Shown here in pieces: positions 23,590 through 31,656 of a stretch of DNA of 32,000 nucleotides. The notes under the pieces were generated by a model. That model did not search any database. It saw nothing but the letters and a program-made list of their open reading frames with translations, and had not been told where the DNA came from. The stretch's first letter is position 1, and every line of letters starts with the position of its first letter. The DNA comes from Kineococcus radiotolerans SRS30216 = ATCC BAA-149 (lineage in GTDB: Bacteria > Actinomycetota > Actinomycetes > Actinomycetales > Kineococcaceae), in NCBI RefSeq assembly GCF_000017305.1, contig NC_009664.2, positions 2,190,001 to 2,222,000 of the forward strand. Direction: 5' to 3'. Position numbers and translations under genes: made by a program.

Positions 23590-23603
23590 CGGTGCATGCA
23601 GAG
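23590..23603. promoter_or_regulatory. Second TGCATGCA site, candidate operator O2, upstream of the -35
   Basis: CGGTGCATGCAGAG matches O1 core CTGTGCATGCACAG at 12 of 14 positions. The centres are 53 bp apart. Confidence 0.4.
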
Positions 23604-23608
23604 AGCGG

Positions 23609-24274
23609 TCAGCGGGGGTCGTCGACCCGGGGCAGCCGGGAGTCGAGCCAGCGGAACAGGGCCAGCAGCAGCACCGCCAGGACGACGACGAACCCGGTGT
23701 TGCGCAGCGCGGTCGCGTACCCCACGGCCTCGACGTCGAGGAACGGGTACGGGTACCAGCCCACCACGGCGCCGCGCACGAACGTGTAGACCACCCAGCC
23801 CACGGGCCAGGCGAACGCCCACGCCAGGGTGCGGCCGTCGATGCGCGGGCGGGGCCCGAACAGCAGCCAGCCCAGCAGCGCCATCGCCGGGGAGACGTAG
23901 TGGAACCCGGCGTTGATCCACCAGCCCACGCCCGCGTGCTGCACCAGGGGGGCGAGCACCGCCCCGAACACCGCCCCCGTCACGACGATGCCGAGCAGGC
24001 CGTCCAGGCGCAGGACCCGCCAGAACCGGCCGTCGCGCACCGGGTCCAGCACCAGCGGGACCGCCGCGGCCAGCACCAGCAGGTTGCTCTGGACGGTGAA
24101 GAAGCTGAACAGCCGGACCAGCCGGGTCGAGACCGGCACCTCCGTGCCCGCCTCCCCGGAGTTCGCGTCGCCGCCGCCGGCGACGACCAGGGCGACCTGC
24201 GCCACCAGCGAGGCGAGCACGACGAGGGCGAGGACCGCGTGCCAGACGCGGGACCAGGAGGCGGGGGGTCGCAC
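23609..24274 (-). CDS. Integral membrane protein, Pr6Pr/FAR-17a-AIG1-like family (tentative)
   Basis: 221 aa with about 6 hydrophobic helices and an FFTVQSN motif that I associate with the Pr6Pr family. The assignment is from memory of that motif only. Confidence 0.65.
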   Translation of the reverse strand: MRPPASWSRVWHAVLALVVLASLVAQVALVVAGGGDANSGEAGTEVPVSTRLVRLFSFFTVQSNLLVLAAAVPLVLDPVRDGRFWRVLRLDGLLGIVVTGAVFGAVLAPLVQHAGVGWWINAGFHYVSPAMALLGWLLFGPRPRIDGRTLAWAFAWPVGWVVYTFVRGAVVGWYPYPFLDVEAVGYATALRNTGFVVVLAVLLLALFRWLDSRLPRVDDPR

Positions 24275-24307
24275 GACCCCATCCTCACCCGGCCGCGCGG
24301 GCGGGGG

Positions 24308-24733
24308 TCAGGCGGTGAGGCTGAACCAGACGGTCTTGCCGTCCTCGTGCGGCTCGACGCCCCACGCGTCGCTGATGTAGTCGACGAGGGTGGTCCCGCG
24401 CCCGGACTCGTCCTCCGCGCCGGCCGTGCGCGGGACGGGCGCGCCCGGGTCGCCGTCGCTGACCATCACGCGCAGGCCCGCGGTCCCGTCGCAGACGACC
24501 CGCACCGTGAGCGGCGGCGCCCCGTAGCGGAGGCTGTTGGTCACCAGCTCGGTGACGAGCAGGGTCGCGTCGTCGAGGACGCAGGCGGCGTGGACGGGGC
24601 ACACCGCCTCCTCCAGGAAGCGCCGGGCGTGCGCCGGGGCCCGCTCGTCGGTGGGGAGGTCGAGCTGCCTCGGCGGCGTCGCGTCACACACCAGGCCGAG
24701 CTTGCAGGAACCGCCCCCCGTTGTCGTCCCCAA
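24308..24733 (-). CDS. RsbW-like ATP-binding protein (HATPase_c_2, anti-sigma-factor-type Ser kinase)
   Basis: ARRFLEEAV..., LLVTELVTNSLRYG and ESGRGTTLVDYISDAWGV. The N-terminal extent is uncertain. Confidence 0.7.
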   Translation of the reverse strand: MGTTTGGGSCKLGLVCDATPPRQLDLPTDERAPAHARRFLEEAVCPVHAACVLDDATLLVTELVTNSLRYGAPPLTVRVVCDGTAGLRVMVSDGDPGAPVPRTAGAEDESGRGTTLVDYISDAWGVEPHEDGKTVWFSLTA

Positions 24734-24750
24734 AGGGCCCCCGTCGCCGC

Positions 24751-25863
24751 TCAGGCGTCACCGCCCTCGACCTCCACCGCGCCCACGGCGGTGACCCGCC
24801 ACGCGCCGTGGGTGTCGAACCACGCCTCGACGACGTCCTGCGAGGAGGGTCCGTCCCCCGCCAGCAGGGTGGCCCGGCCCAGCGGCCCGGCGGCCAGGGC
24901 GTCCACCAGGTGCCCCGTGACTCCCGGGGCGAAGAGGAGGTCGGCGGCGGGCACACCGCGGTCCACCGCCTCCTGCGCGAGGGCCGCGGCGGTGCCGTAG
25001 CGGTCGGTGCCCGCGCTGCGGCGGGGGGTGGGCAGCGGGGCCATCGCCTCGGGGAGGACGCCCTCGGGACCGCCGGCGACCGTGGTCGAGGTGACGCCGA
25101 GCGCCTCCAGCGCGGCGGCGGCGGGCAGGGGGTCGTCGTCGGCGACGAGCACCAGCGGCTCCCCCAGCCGCGCAGCCGGTCCCGCGGCGGCCAGCGCGTC
25201 GACGAGGTGGGCGTCCTCCCCGGAGGCCGCCCACCCGTGGGCCGCGTCCGGCAGGGACGCCGCGAGCGCGCGCGAGGTCGCGTAGCGGTCCGCCCCGGCG
25301 ATGCGCTGGACGTCGGTGACGCCGAGGGCCCGCAGCTGCGCGGCCGTGCCCCCGCCGAGGGCGTCGGGGCCGCCGACGAGCAGCACCGAGGCGGTGGCGT
25401 GCTCGCGCAGGTACCCGGCGGTGGCCGCGGGCACGGCGTCCCGGGTGCTCAGCAGGAGGGGCGCGGCGAGGCTGCGCGCCAGCGGCGCGGCCGACAGCGC
25501 GTCCACGAGGTGGCGGTCCTCGCCGCTGACGAGGACGACGACGTCGGCCTCGGGGAAGCCGTGCTCGGCGATCTGCACGGCGGTGGCGTAGCGGTCGGGC
25601 CCGCTGAGCTGCACGAGCTGGTTCGGGGCCCCGCTGGGCAGCTGCGCGCCCCGGTAGGCGCGACCCGCGGCGCACCCGGGGTGCGCGAGGGGCGGGGCCG
25701 GGGAGCAGACCGGGGTGAGGGTCTCGAAGCCGATCTCCGGCGCGGCCGCGGCGGGCGGGCTCCCGGCGGCCGCCGCGAGCAGCGACGCGGCCAGCAGCAG
25801 ACCGGCCCTCCCGGGCCGGCGGCGGCGGTGCTCGGACGTGCGGACGTGCTGGTGCTGCTCCAC
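24751..25863 (-). CDS. Secreted protein with three tandem cell-wall-binding CWB2 repeats (PF04122-like) and no catalytic domain seen
   Basis: From GTG 25863 there is a basic n-region RRRRPGRAGLLLAASLLAAAAG (signal-like). Three units of roughly 95-100 aa follow, each starting with DRY[AG]T (GPDRYATAVQIA, GADRYATSRALA, GTDRYGTAAALA) and each containing HLVDAL. Confidence 0.75.
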   Translation of the reverse strand: MEQHQHVRTSEHRRRRPGRAGLLLAASLLAAAAGSPPAAAAPEIGFETLTPVCSPAPPLAHPGCAAGRAYRGAQLPSGAPNQLVQLSGPDRYATAVQIAEHGFPEADVVVLVSGEDRHLVDALSAAPLARSLAAPLLLSTRDAVPAATAGYLREHATASVLLVGGPDALGGGTAAQLRALGVTDVQRIAGADRYATSRALAASLPDAAHGWAASGEDAHLVDALAAAGPAARLGEPLVLVADDDPLPAAAALEALGVTSTTVAGGPEGVLPEAMAPLPTPRRSAGTDRYGTAAALAQEAVDRGVPAADLLFAPGVTGHLVDALAAGPLGRATLLAGDGPSSQDVVEAWFDTHGAWRVTAVGAVEVEGGDA

Positions 25864-25997
25864 GGAGGCCCCCCTCGGACGACGCGCCGGCGCGCCACCG
25901 CGCCGGCGCGGGCAGTGTGGCAGCGAGGGAGCACCGCCCGCCGGGGGTTTTCCGCGGGGTCCCCGCCGGGCCCGCGCGGGAGCGGCGCGGGCCGTCC

Positions 25998-26023
25998 CGG
26001 CCCACCGCTGCGGCCCACCGCTG
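25998..26023. repeat. 13-bp tandem direct repeat in a divergent intergenic region
   Basis: CGGCCCACCGCTG occurs at 25998-26010 and 26011-26023, followed by CGG. Confidence 0.6.
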
Positions 26024-26074
26024 CGGGGGGACCGGCGCGGTGGCAGGATCGGGCCCCCCGATCGAGGAGCCCCC

Positions 26075-26371
26075 GTGTTCGCCATCGCCGTCCGGTTCGA
26101 CCTGACCGACGAGACCGCCGCCGCCCGCTTCGACGCCCTGGTCGCCGAGACCGTCCCCGGCATCCTCGCCGAGGAGGAGGGCACCCTCGTCTACACCCCC
26201 CACCGCGTCGACGGGGAACCCCTGGCGCGGTTGTTCTACGAGGTCTACCGCGACCGCGACGCCCACGCCGCCCACGAGGCCCGGCCCGCGACGGCGGCGT
26301 TCCTGGACCAGGTGCGCGGGCTCGTCAGCGCCGTCCGCGCGGAGTTCCTGCTCCCCGCCGACGGGGCCTGA
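26075..26371 (+). CDS. Antibiotic-biosynthesis-monooxygenase (ABM) family protein
   Basis: 98 aa from GTG 26075 (GAGGAG RBS 5 nt upstream). FAIAVRFDL...LVYTPHRV...FYEVYRDRDAHAAHEA is a typical ABM ferredoxin-like fold sequence. Confidence 0.75.
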   Translation: MFAIAVRFDLTDETAAARFDALVAETVPGILAEEEGTLVYTPHRVDGEPLARLFYEVYRDRDAHAAHEARPATAAFLDQVRGLVSAVRAEFLLPADGA

Positions 26372-26377
26372 GCGCGG

Positions 26378-27073
26378 TCAGTCCGCCGGGCGGACGGGCC
26401 CCTGGTCGACGAGGCGGCCCTGGGCGTCGAAGGCCGCCCACGTGGTGCCGGCGAACTGGGACTCGTCCGGGACCGCCACCGGGGTCCACCAGTACCGGTC
26501 GAGGAAGACGGCCGGGTGCTCCCGGCCGTCCGGGGTCACGACGACGACGCGGGCCGCTCCGGCCGGTCGACGACCGAGCACGGAGGCGTCGACGGGATCG
26601 CCCTCCCCGCCCGACACCCACCCGCGCAGCACCTGCTGGTCCACCGGGTCGTCCGTGACCGGCCCGTCGACGCTGCCCCCGGCGAACGACGTGCAGAAGC
26701 GGGTCTCACCGTCGTCGAACCGGTAGAGCACCGCCCGCGCGAGGTCGCTCGCCCCGCCGGCCAGGGCCGCGACGGGACCGCCCCGCGGCAGGCTGCGCGC
26801 GCACTCCTCGGCCAGGACCGCCAGGCTCGCCGGGTCCACCGCGCGCACCGGGGACGCGGGCTGCGCGGTGAGGGGGTCCCCCGGCGGGCCCCACGTCACC
26901 GCGACCACGAGCGCGGCGGCCGCCGCCACCCCCGCGACGGCGGCACCGCCCACCCGGCGGCGACGGCGGCGCGCGACGACGAGCTCCCGGTTGCGGACGC
27001 GCTCCGCCTCCGACGCGTCCTCGTGCGGTGCGGCGACGGCGTCGAGGCGCCGCTGGAGCTCGGTGGGGTTCAC
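26378..27073 (-). CDS. Single-pass membrane protein co-translated with the ECF sigma factor (candidate anti-sigma factor, non-ZAS)
   Basis: GTG 27073 overlaps the sigma stop (GTGA). The protein has a ~40-aa cytoplasmic N-terminus, RRRRRR, a TM helix VGGAAVAGVAAAAALVVAV and a ~170-aa extracytoplasmic domain with no motif I recognise. No HxxxCxxC is present. Confidence 0.6.
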   Translation of the reverse strand: MNPTELQRRLDAVAAPHEDASEAERVRNRELVVARRRRRRVGGAAVAGVAAAAALVVAVTWGPPGDPLTAQPASPVRAVDPASLAVLAEECARSLPRGGPVAALAGGASDLARAVLYRFDDGETRFCTSFAGGSVDGPVTDDPVDQQVLRGWVSGGEGDPVDASVLGRRPAGAARVVVVTPDGREHPAVFLDRYWWTPVAVPDESQFAGTTWAAFDAQGRLVDQGPVRPAD

Positions 27074-27597
27074 GAGCGGTCCTCCAGGAGGTTCGCGAGC
27101 GCGGCCTGGGCGCGGGAGATCGTGGACTTGGCCGTGCCGACCGGCACGTCGAGGGCGTCGGCGACCTCGGCCACCGGCAGGTCCAGCCAGTAGCGCAGGA
27201 CGAGGGCCTCGCGCTGGCGGACGGGTAGGCGGGCGAGCGCGGCGACGAGCTCGTCGACGCGCTCGGCGGCGACGACGGCGTCCTCGGCGGAGGCGGCGGT
27301 GCGCGGGACCTCGCCCGGGGTGCGGCGCACCACGCGCAGGTGCCGCAGCCGGGAGGTGGCCAGGTTGGCGGCGGTGCGGCGCACGTGCGCGAGGGCCGCG
27401 GCGGGCTCGCGCAACCGGCGGCGGTGCTCGTGGAGGCGGACGAACGCCTCCTGGGCGACGTCCTCGGGGTCGTCGGCGCCCAGCAGGCGGGCCAGGCGCA
27501 CGGTGGCGCGGAAGTGGCGGACGAAGAGGTCCTGGTACCGCGCCTCGTCGTCGGACCCGGCCACCGCCCCGGGCGGGGCGTCGCTGACTGCTCTCAC
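27070..27597 (-). CDS. ECF (sigma-70 group 4) RNA polymerase sigma factor
   Basis: Region 2 is DVAQEAFVRLHE and region 4 is LPVRQREALVLRYWLDLPVAEVADALDVPVGTAKSTISRA. Confidence 0.85.
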   Translation of the reverse strand: MRAVSDAPPGAVAGSDDEARYQDLFVRHFRATVRLARLLGADDPEDVAQEAFVRLHEHRRRLREPAAALAHVRRTAANLATSRLRHLRVVRRTPGEVPRTAASAEDAVVAAERVDELVAALARLPVRQREALVLRYWLDLPVAEVADALDVPVGTAKSTISRAQAALANLLEDRS

Positions 27598-27605
27598 ACC
27601 CTCAG

Positions 27606-27630
27606 GACGCCCCAGCGGGGCGAACGTTCC
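27606..27630 (-). promoter_or_regulatory. ECF-type promoter, likely autoregulatory
   Basis: The minus strand reads GGAAC (27630-27626), a 16-nt spacer, then CGTC (27609-27606). Only 8 nt separate the -10 from the GTG at 27597. Confidence 0.45.
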
Positions 27631-27660
27631 CCACCGGCGCGGATCGGCGCGCGCCGGTGG
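27631..27660 (-). terminator. GC hairpin after the GGDEF gene
   Basis: CCACCGGCGC pairs with GCGCCGGTGG (10-11 bp stem, 8-10 nt loop). It starts 13 nt after the stop at 27673 and abuts the ECF -35. Confidence 0.5.
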
Positions 27661-27672
27661 GGCCGCGACGGC

Positions 27673-28752
27673 TCAGGCCGCGCGGGCCAGCCGGTCGCGG
27701 CCGGCGCGCTTGGCCGCGTAGAGGGCGGAGTCGGCGCGGGCGTAGAGGTCCTGCGCCCCGGTCACCGCCGGGGACAGCGGCGTCAGCCCGGCGCTGATGG
27801 ACAGCGGGACGACCGTCCCGCCGGGCAGCCGCAGGGGCTCGTCGCGCACGGCGTCGACGAAGCACTGGGCGCGCCGGACGGCGACGTCGGCGGGGCAGTC
27901 GAGCATGAGGACGGCCAGCTCGTCCCCGCCCATCCGGGCCACGACGTCGCCGGGGCGGCAGCGGGCGGTGAGCAGGGCCGCGACGTGGGCGAGGGCGGCG
28001 TCGCCGCCGAGGTGGCCGTGGGTGTCGTTGACGGTCTTGAACCGGTCGAGGTCGATGACGACGAGCGCGCCCTCGCACCCCCGGGCGCGCACGGCCCGGT
28101 CGGTGGCCGCGTCGAGGACCCGGCGGGTCACCAGCCCGGTCAGCGGGTCGGTGCCGGCCTGGACCCGCAGCTGCTCCACGAGGCGTTCCTGGATGACCCC
28201 GCCGCGGGTGAGGACGCCGGCGACGAGCAGCGTGAACACCGTCACGTACGCGAACACGGCGGCGGCCTCCCCCGGCGGGAGGATCGAGAACGCGACGACC
28301 GCCTCGCCGACGACCGTGGCCAGGGCCACGACGGCGGTGCCCCCCGGGCGCAGCTGCGCGGCGGCCCAGATGACGGGGACGACGAGGAAGACCTGCCCGG
28401 TGACCCCGGCGTCCCGGCTGAGCAGGTCCAGCCAGACCACGGCGGCGACGCCGGCCAGCGGGGCGAGGACGACCAGCGGCGCGGCGCGCTCGGCGGGCAC
28501 GCCCAGCAGGACCGCGGAGACCGCGGCGAGGCCGAGCGTGGCGGTGAGCTCCGGGGCGTGCAGGGCCCCGAACGTCACGAGGTTGGTGAGCAGGCACGTC
28601 GCGATGGTCACCATGAGCGCGAGCGCGGCCCACGCCCGCGCCGAGCGCGGGTCCCGGGCGCTCAGCGAGCGCAGCACGGCGCGGACCCTGGGGGCGGTTC
28701 GCGGAGACCGGTGCACGGTTCCACATCGGCACCTCGTTGAACGTCTCAACAC
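27673..28752 (-). CDS. Membrane-anchored diguanylate cyclase (GGDEF domain, GGDEL variant, I-site present)
   Basis: About 5-6 N-terminal TM helices, then DPLTGLVTRR, IDLDRFKTVND and RPGDVVARMGGDELAV. The start is uncertain: GTG 28752 or GTG 28716. Confidence 0.8.
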   Translation of the reverse strand: MLRRSTRCRCGTVHRSPRTAPRVRAVLRSLSARDPRSARAWAALALMVTIATCLLTNLVTFGALHAPELTATLGLAAVSAVLLGVPAERAAPLVVLAPLAGVAAVVWLDLLSRDAGVTGQVFLVVPVIWAAAQLRPGGTAVVALATVVGEAVVAFSILPPGEAAAVFAYVTVFTLLVAGVLTRGGVIQERLVEQLRVQAGTDPLTGLVTRRVLDAATDRAVRARGCEGALVVIDLDRFKTVNDTHGHLGGDAALAHVAALLTARCRPGDVVARMGGDELAVLMLDCPADVAVRRAQCFVDAVRDEPLRLPGGTVVPLSISAGLTPLSPAVTGAQDLYARADSALYAAKRAGRDRLARAA

Positions 28753-28837
28753 TTCGGGGGGTGCGTTCGTCCACCTGGAGCAACGGCGCTGGGCCGGTGG
28801 GGCCCCCGCGGGGCGGGCCGTCCCCCGCGGGGCGGGG

Positions 28838-31435
28838 TCAGGCCCCGGGCGGCGGGGGTTCCGCCGGGACGCCCGGGGGCACCCGCCGGGGGCCCGCCTC
28901 CGCGGGACGGGGACGGTCCTGGGGGTGCAGGCGGACGGCGACGAGGGCGACGTCGTCCTCGGCGTGCTCGGGCAGCAGCCGCGCCAGGACCCCGTCGCAC
29001 AGGCCGTCCAGGTCCGCCCCGGCCAGCTCGGTCATCGCGCCGTGCAGCCGCAGCAGGCCCTCGTCGTAGTCCTGCCCGCGGCGCTCGACCAGCCCGTCGG
29101 TGTAGAGCAGCAGCGTCGACCCGCGGTCCAGCGCGACCTGCTCGTCGATGCGCGGGGCGCGCGGGTCGATGCCCAGCAGCAGGTCGTGGCCCAGTCCCGT
29201 CAGCGCCGTCACGGTGCCGTCGGGGGTCAGCAGCACCGGCGCGGGGTGGCCGGCGTTGGACCAGCGCAGCCGGGTCACGCCCCGCGCCCGCTCGTCCAGG
29301 CTCTGCTCCAGGCGCGCCACCACGGCGGTGGCGGTGGTGTCCACGGCCAGCCCCTCCATGGCGGCGTCCAGACCGGACAGCACCACGGCCGGGGTCCCGC
29401 CGCTGAAGTAGGCGATGCCGCGCAGCAGCGAGCGCACCTGGCTCATCGCCGCGGCGGCGGTGATGTCGTGCCCCATGACGTCGCCGATGGCCAGGACCGT
29501 GGCCCCGTCGGCCTGCAGGAACGCGTCGTACCAGTCCCCGCCCACCTGCGCCGAGCGCGCGGCGGGGCGGTAGCGCACCACGATCTGCAGGTGGTCCGGT
29601 TCGACCGGCGCGCTCAGCAGGCTGCGCTGCAACCCCTCCGCCACGTGCTGCTGCTGGGCGTACAGGCGGGCGTTGTCCAGGGCCAGCCCGGCGCGGTCGG
29701 CGACCTCCGCGGCGATCAGGAGGTCCTCCTCGCTCGGCGCGGGCACCCCCGCGCCGCGGAAGACGCTGACCAGCCCGACGGTGCGCCCCCGGGCGCGCAG
29801 CGGCACCATCTGCACGGACTCCGGCGCGAGCTGCCGCAGCAGGTCCCGGGCCGGCTCGGTGAGCAGGGCCCCGATCCGTTCCGCGGCGCGGGTGGACAGC
29901 ACGACGGAGCGGTCCTCCCGCAGGGCCTGGTGCAGGGGGGCGTCGGGGCTCAGGCAGGGCAGGCGCACCTCGCGGTAGCGCTCCAGCAGGGGGCGCAGCT
30001 CCTCCTGCGCGTGCCAGCAGCCGATGTCGCGCAGGTCCCCCTCGCCGTCGACGAGGGTGACGATGCACCAGTCCCCCAGCGCCGGCACCAGGTGCCGCCC
30101 CAGGCGGGAGACGGCCTCCTCGGTGTCCAGCGTCGCGGTCAGGTCGGCGCTGACCCGGGCCAGCAGCGCCAGCCGCCGCGCGGTGCGCTCGGCGGCCTCC
30201 TGCGCCGCGCGGGCCTCGCGCTGCGCCCGCTCGGCGGTGCGCAGCGCCTCCTGCGTCGCCGCCCGTTCCGCCTCGGCCTGCTGCTGGGCGGCCTTGCGGG
30301 TGGTGACGTCGAGGAAGTACACCGACAGCCCGTCGGGGTCGCGCCAGGCCCGCACCTCGTACCAGCGGTCCAGGGGCGCGGGGTAGTGCGCCTCGAAGTC
30401 GACCTGCTCGCCGGTGTCCATCGCCCGGCGGTACTGCCGCTCGAACTCGGCGCCGACCGCGTCGGGGAACAGCTCCCACACGTCCTGGCCCAGCAGTTCC
30501 GCGCGCGGGCGCTGCAGCACCCGCTCGGCCTCGGCGTTGACGTAGCTGAAGCGCCAGTCGCGGTCCAGGGAGAAGAACGCCGAGGACATCGACTCCAGCA
30601 CCCGCGAGACCCGGGCGTCCTCGTGCCGCTCGGCGGTGGTGTCGTGGACCGCGCCGAGCAGGTGCGCCGGCTGCCCGTCGGCGCCGCGCACCGTCTCCCC
30701 GCGCGCCTTGACCCACCGGGTGTCCCCGTCGGGCAGGACGAGGCGGTACTCGGCCTCGAAGGGGGCGGCGTCGCCGACGGCGGCGCCCAGCGACCGGCGG
30801 ACCCGCTCCAGGTCGTCGGGGTGCACGCGCGCCTCGAAGGCGGCCATGGTGCCGTCGAAGTCCTCCGCGGTGTAGCCGAACAGCTCCAGGACCCGCTCGT
30901 CCCAGGTGAGCACGTCGGCGCGCAGGTCCCAGTCGAAGCTGCCCACCCCGCCGGCGGCGACGGCCAGCTGCCAGCGCAGCCGGTCGGCCTCGTACTGCAG
31001 GGACAGCGCGGACAGCTCCAGCTCCGCCGCCGCGGCCTCGGCCAGGTCGGTCAGCACCGCCACGTCGGCGTCCGCCCACCGGCGCGGGGCGGGGGCGGAG
31101 ACGCAGAGGACGCCGACGACGTGGCCGTCCTGCCCCAGCAGGGGGACGCCCAGGTAGGCGCGGACCGCCCCGCCGGTCACCGGGGGCAGCGAGGCCACCC
31201 GCGGGTCGGCGGCGGCGTCGTCGACGACCAGGGGCGCGCGGCCGGCCGCGGTCACCGCGCACAGCGGGTCCGTCGAGCCGGGCGGGGCGGGGTCCGCCGG
31301 CGCCCCGGCGGCCCGCCCGTCGGGGAGCAGCCAGACCTGCGAGGCCGGGGCCGACAGCAGCCGCGCGGCGAGCTTCGCCAGGCGCTGCAGCCCCGGGTCC
31401 GCCGGCGCGCTCCCCGGTACCGCTGCTGCGACCAC
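28838..31435 (-). CDS. Multidomain sensor phosphatase: GAF - PAS - PAS - coiled coil - GAF - PP2C/SpoIIE
   Basis: 865 aa. PAS cores are FDWDL...TWDERVLELFGY...RVHPDD and FFSLDRDWRFSYVNAEAERVL. The PP2C part has VGGDWYDAF, IGDVMGHDITAAA, NAGHPAPVLL and LLLYTDGLVERR. Confidence 0.85.
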   Translation of the reverse strand: MVAAAVPGSAPADPGLQRLAKLAARLLSAPASQVWLLPDGRAAGAPADPAPPGSTDPLCAVTAAGRAPLVVDDAAADPRVASLPPVTGGAVRAYLGVPLLGQDGHVVGVLCVSAPAPRRWADADVAVLTDLAEAAAAELELSALSLQYEADRLRWQLAVAAGGVGSFDWDLRADVLTWDERVLELFGYTAEDFDGTMAAFEARVHPDDLERVRRSLGAAVGDAAPFEAEYRLVLPDGDTRWVKARGETVRGADGQPAHLLGAVHDTTAERHEDARVSRVLESMSSAFFSLDRDWRFSYVNAEAERVLQRPRAELLGQDVWELFPDAVGAEFERQYRRAMDTGEQVDFEAHYPAPLDRWYEVRAWRDPDGLSVYFLDVTTRKAAQQQAEAERAATQEALRTAERAQREARAAQEAAERTARRLALLARVSADLTATLDTEEAVSRLGRHLVPALGDWCIVTLVDGEGDLRDIGCWHAQEELRPLLERYREVRLPCLSPDAPLHQALREDRSVVLSTRAAERIGALLTEPARDLLRQLAPESVQMVPLRARGRTVGLVSVFRGAGVPAPSEEDLLIAAEVADRAGLALDNARLYAQQQHVAEGLQRSLLSAPVEPDHLQIVVRYRPAARSAQVGGDWYDAFLQADGATVLAIGDVMGHDITAAAAMSQVRSLLRGIAYFSGGTPAVVLSGLDAAMEGLAVDTTATAVVARLEQSLDERARGVTRLRWSNAGHPAPVLLTPDGTVTALTGLGHDLLLGIDPRAPRIDEQVALDRGSTLLLYTDGLVERRGQDYDEGLLRLHGAMTELAGADLDGLCDGVLARLLPEHAEDDVALVAVRLHPQDRPRPAEAGPRRVPPGVPAEPPPPGA

Positions 31436-31656
31436 TGCACGACCTCGACTCCGGGGTTGGACCCTCCGACGGGGGGCGGGCGGGACGGACGCGTCCGGCC
31501 GGCCACCACCGGTCCCGAGCTTAGGCCAGCGGACGGCGCGGCCCGGAGTTGCCGGGACCCGGCCCCGGGACCACAGTGGTCGTGTCGCGCCAGCGGCTCC
31601 ACGCAGGTTTCGCGGCGCCCGCGCGCCGCCCCGGGGATCACGCAGGAAGAAGACCG

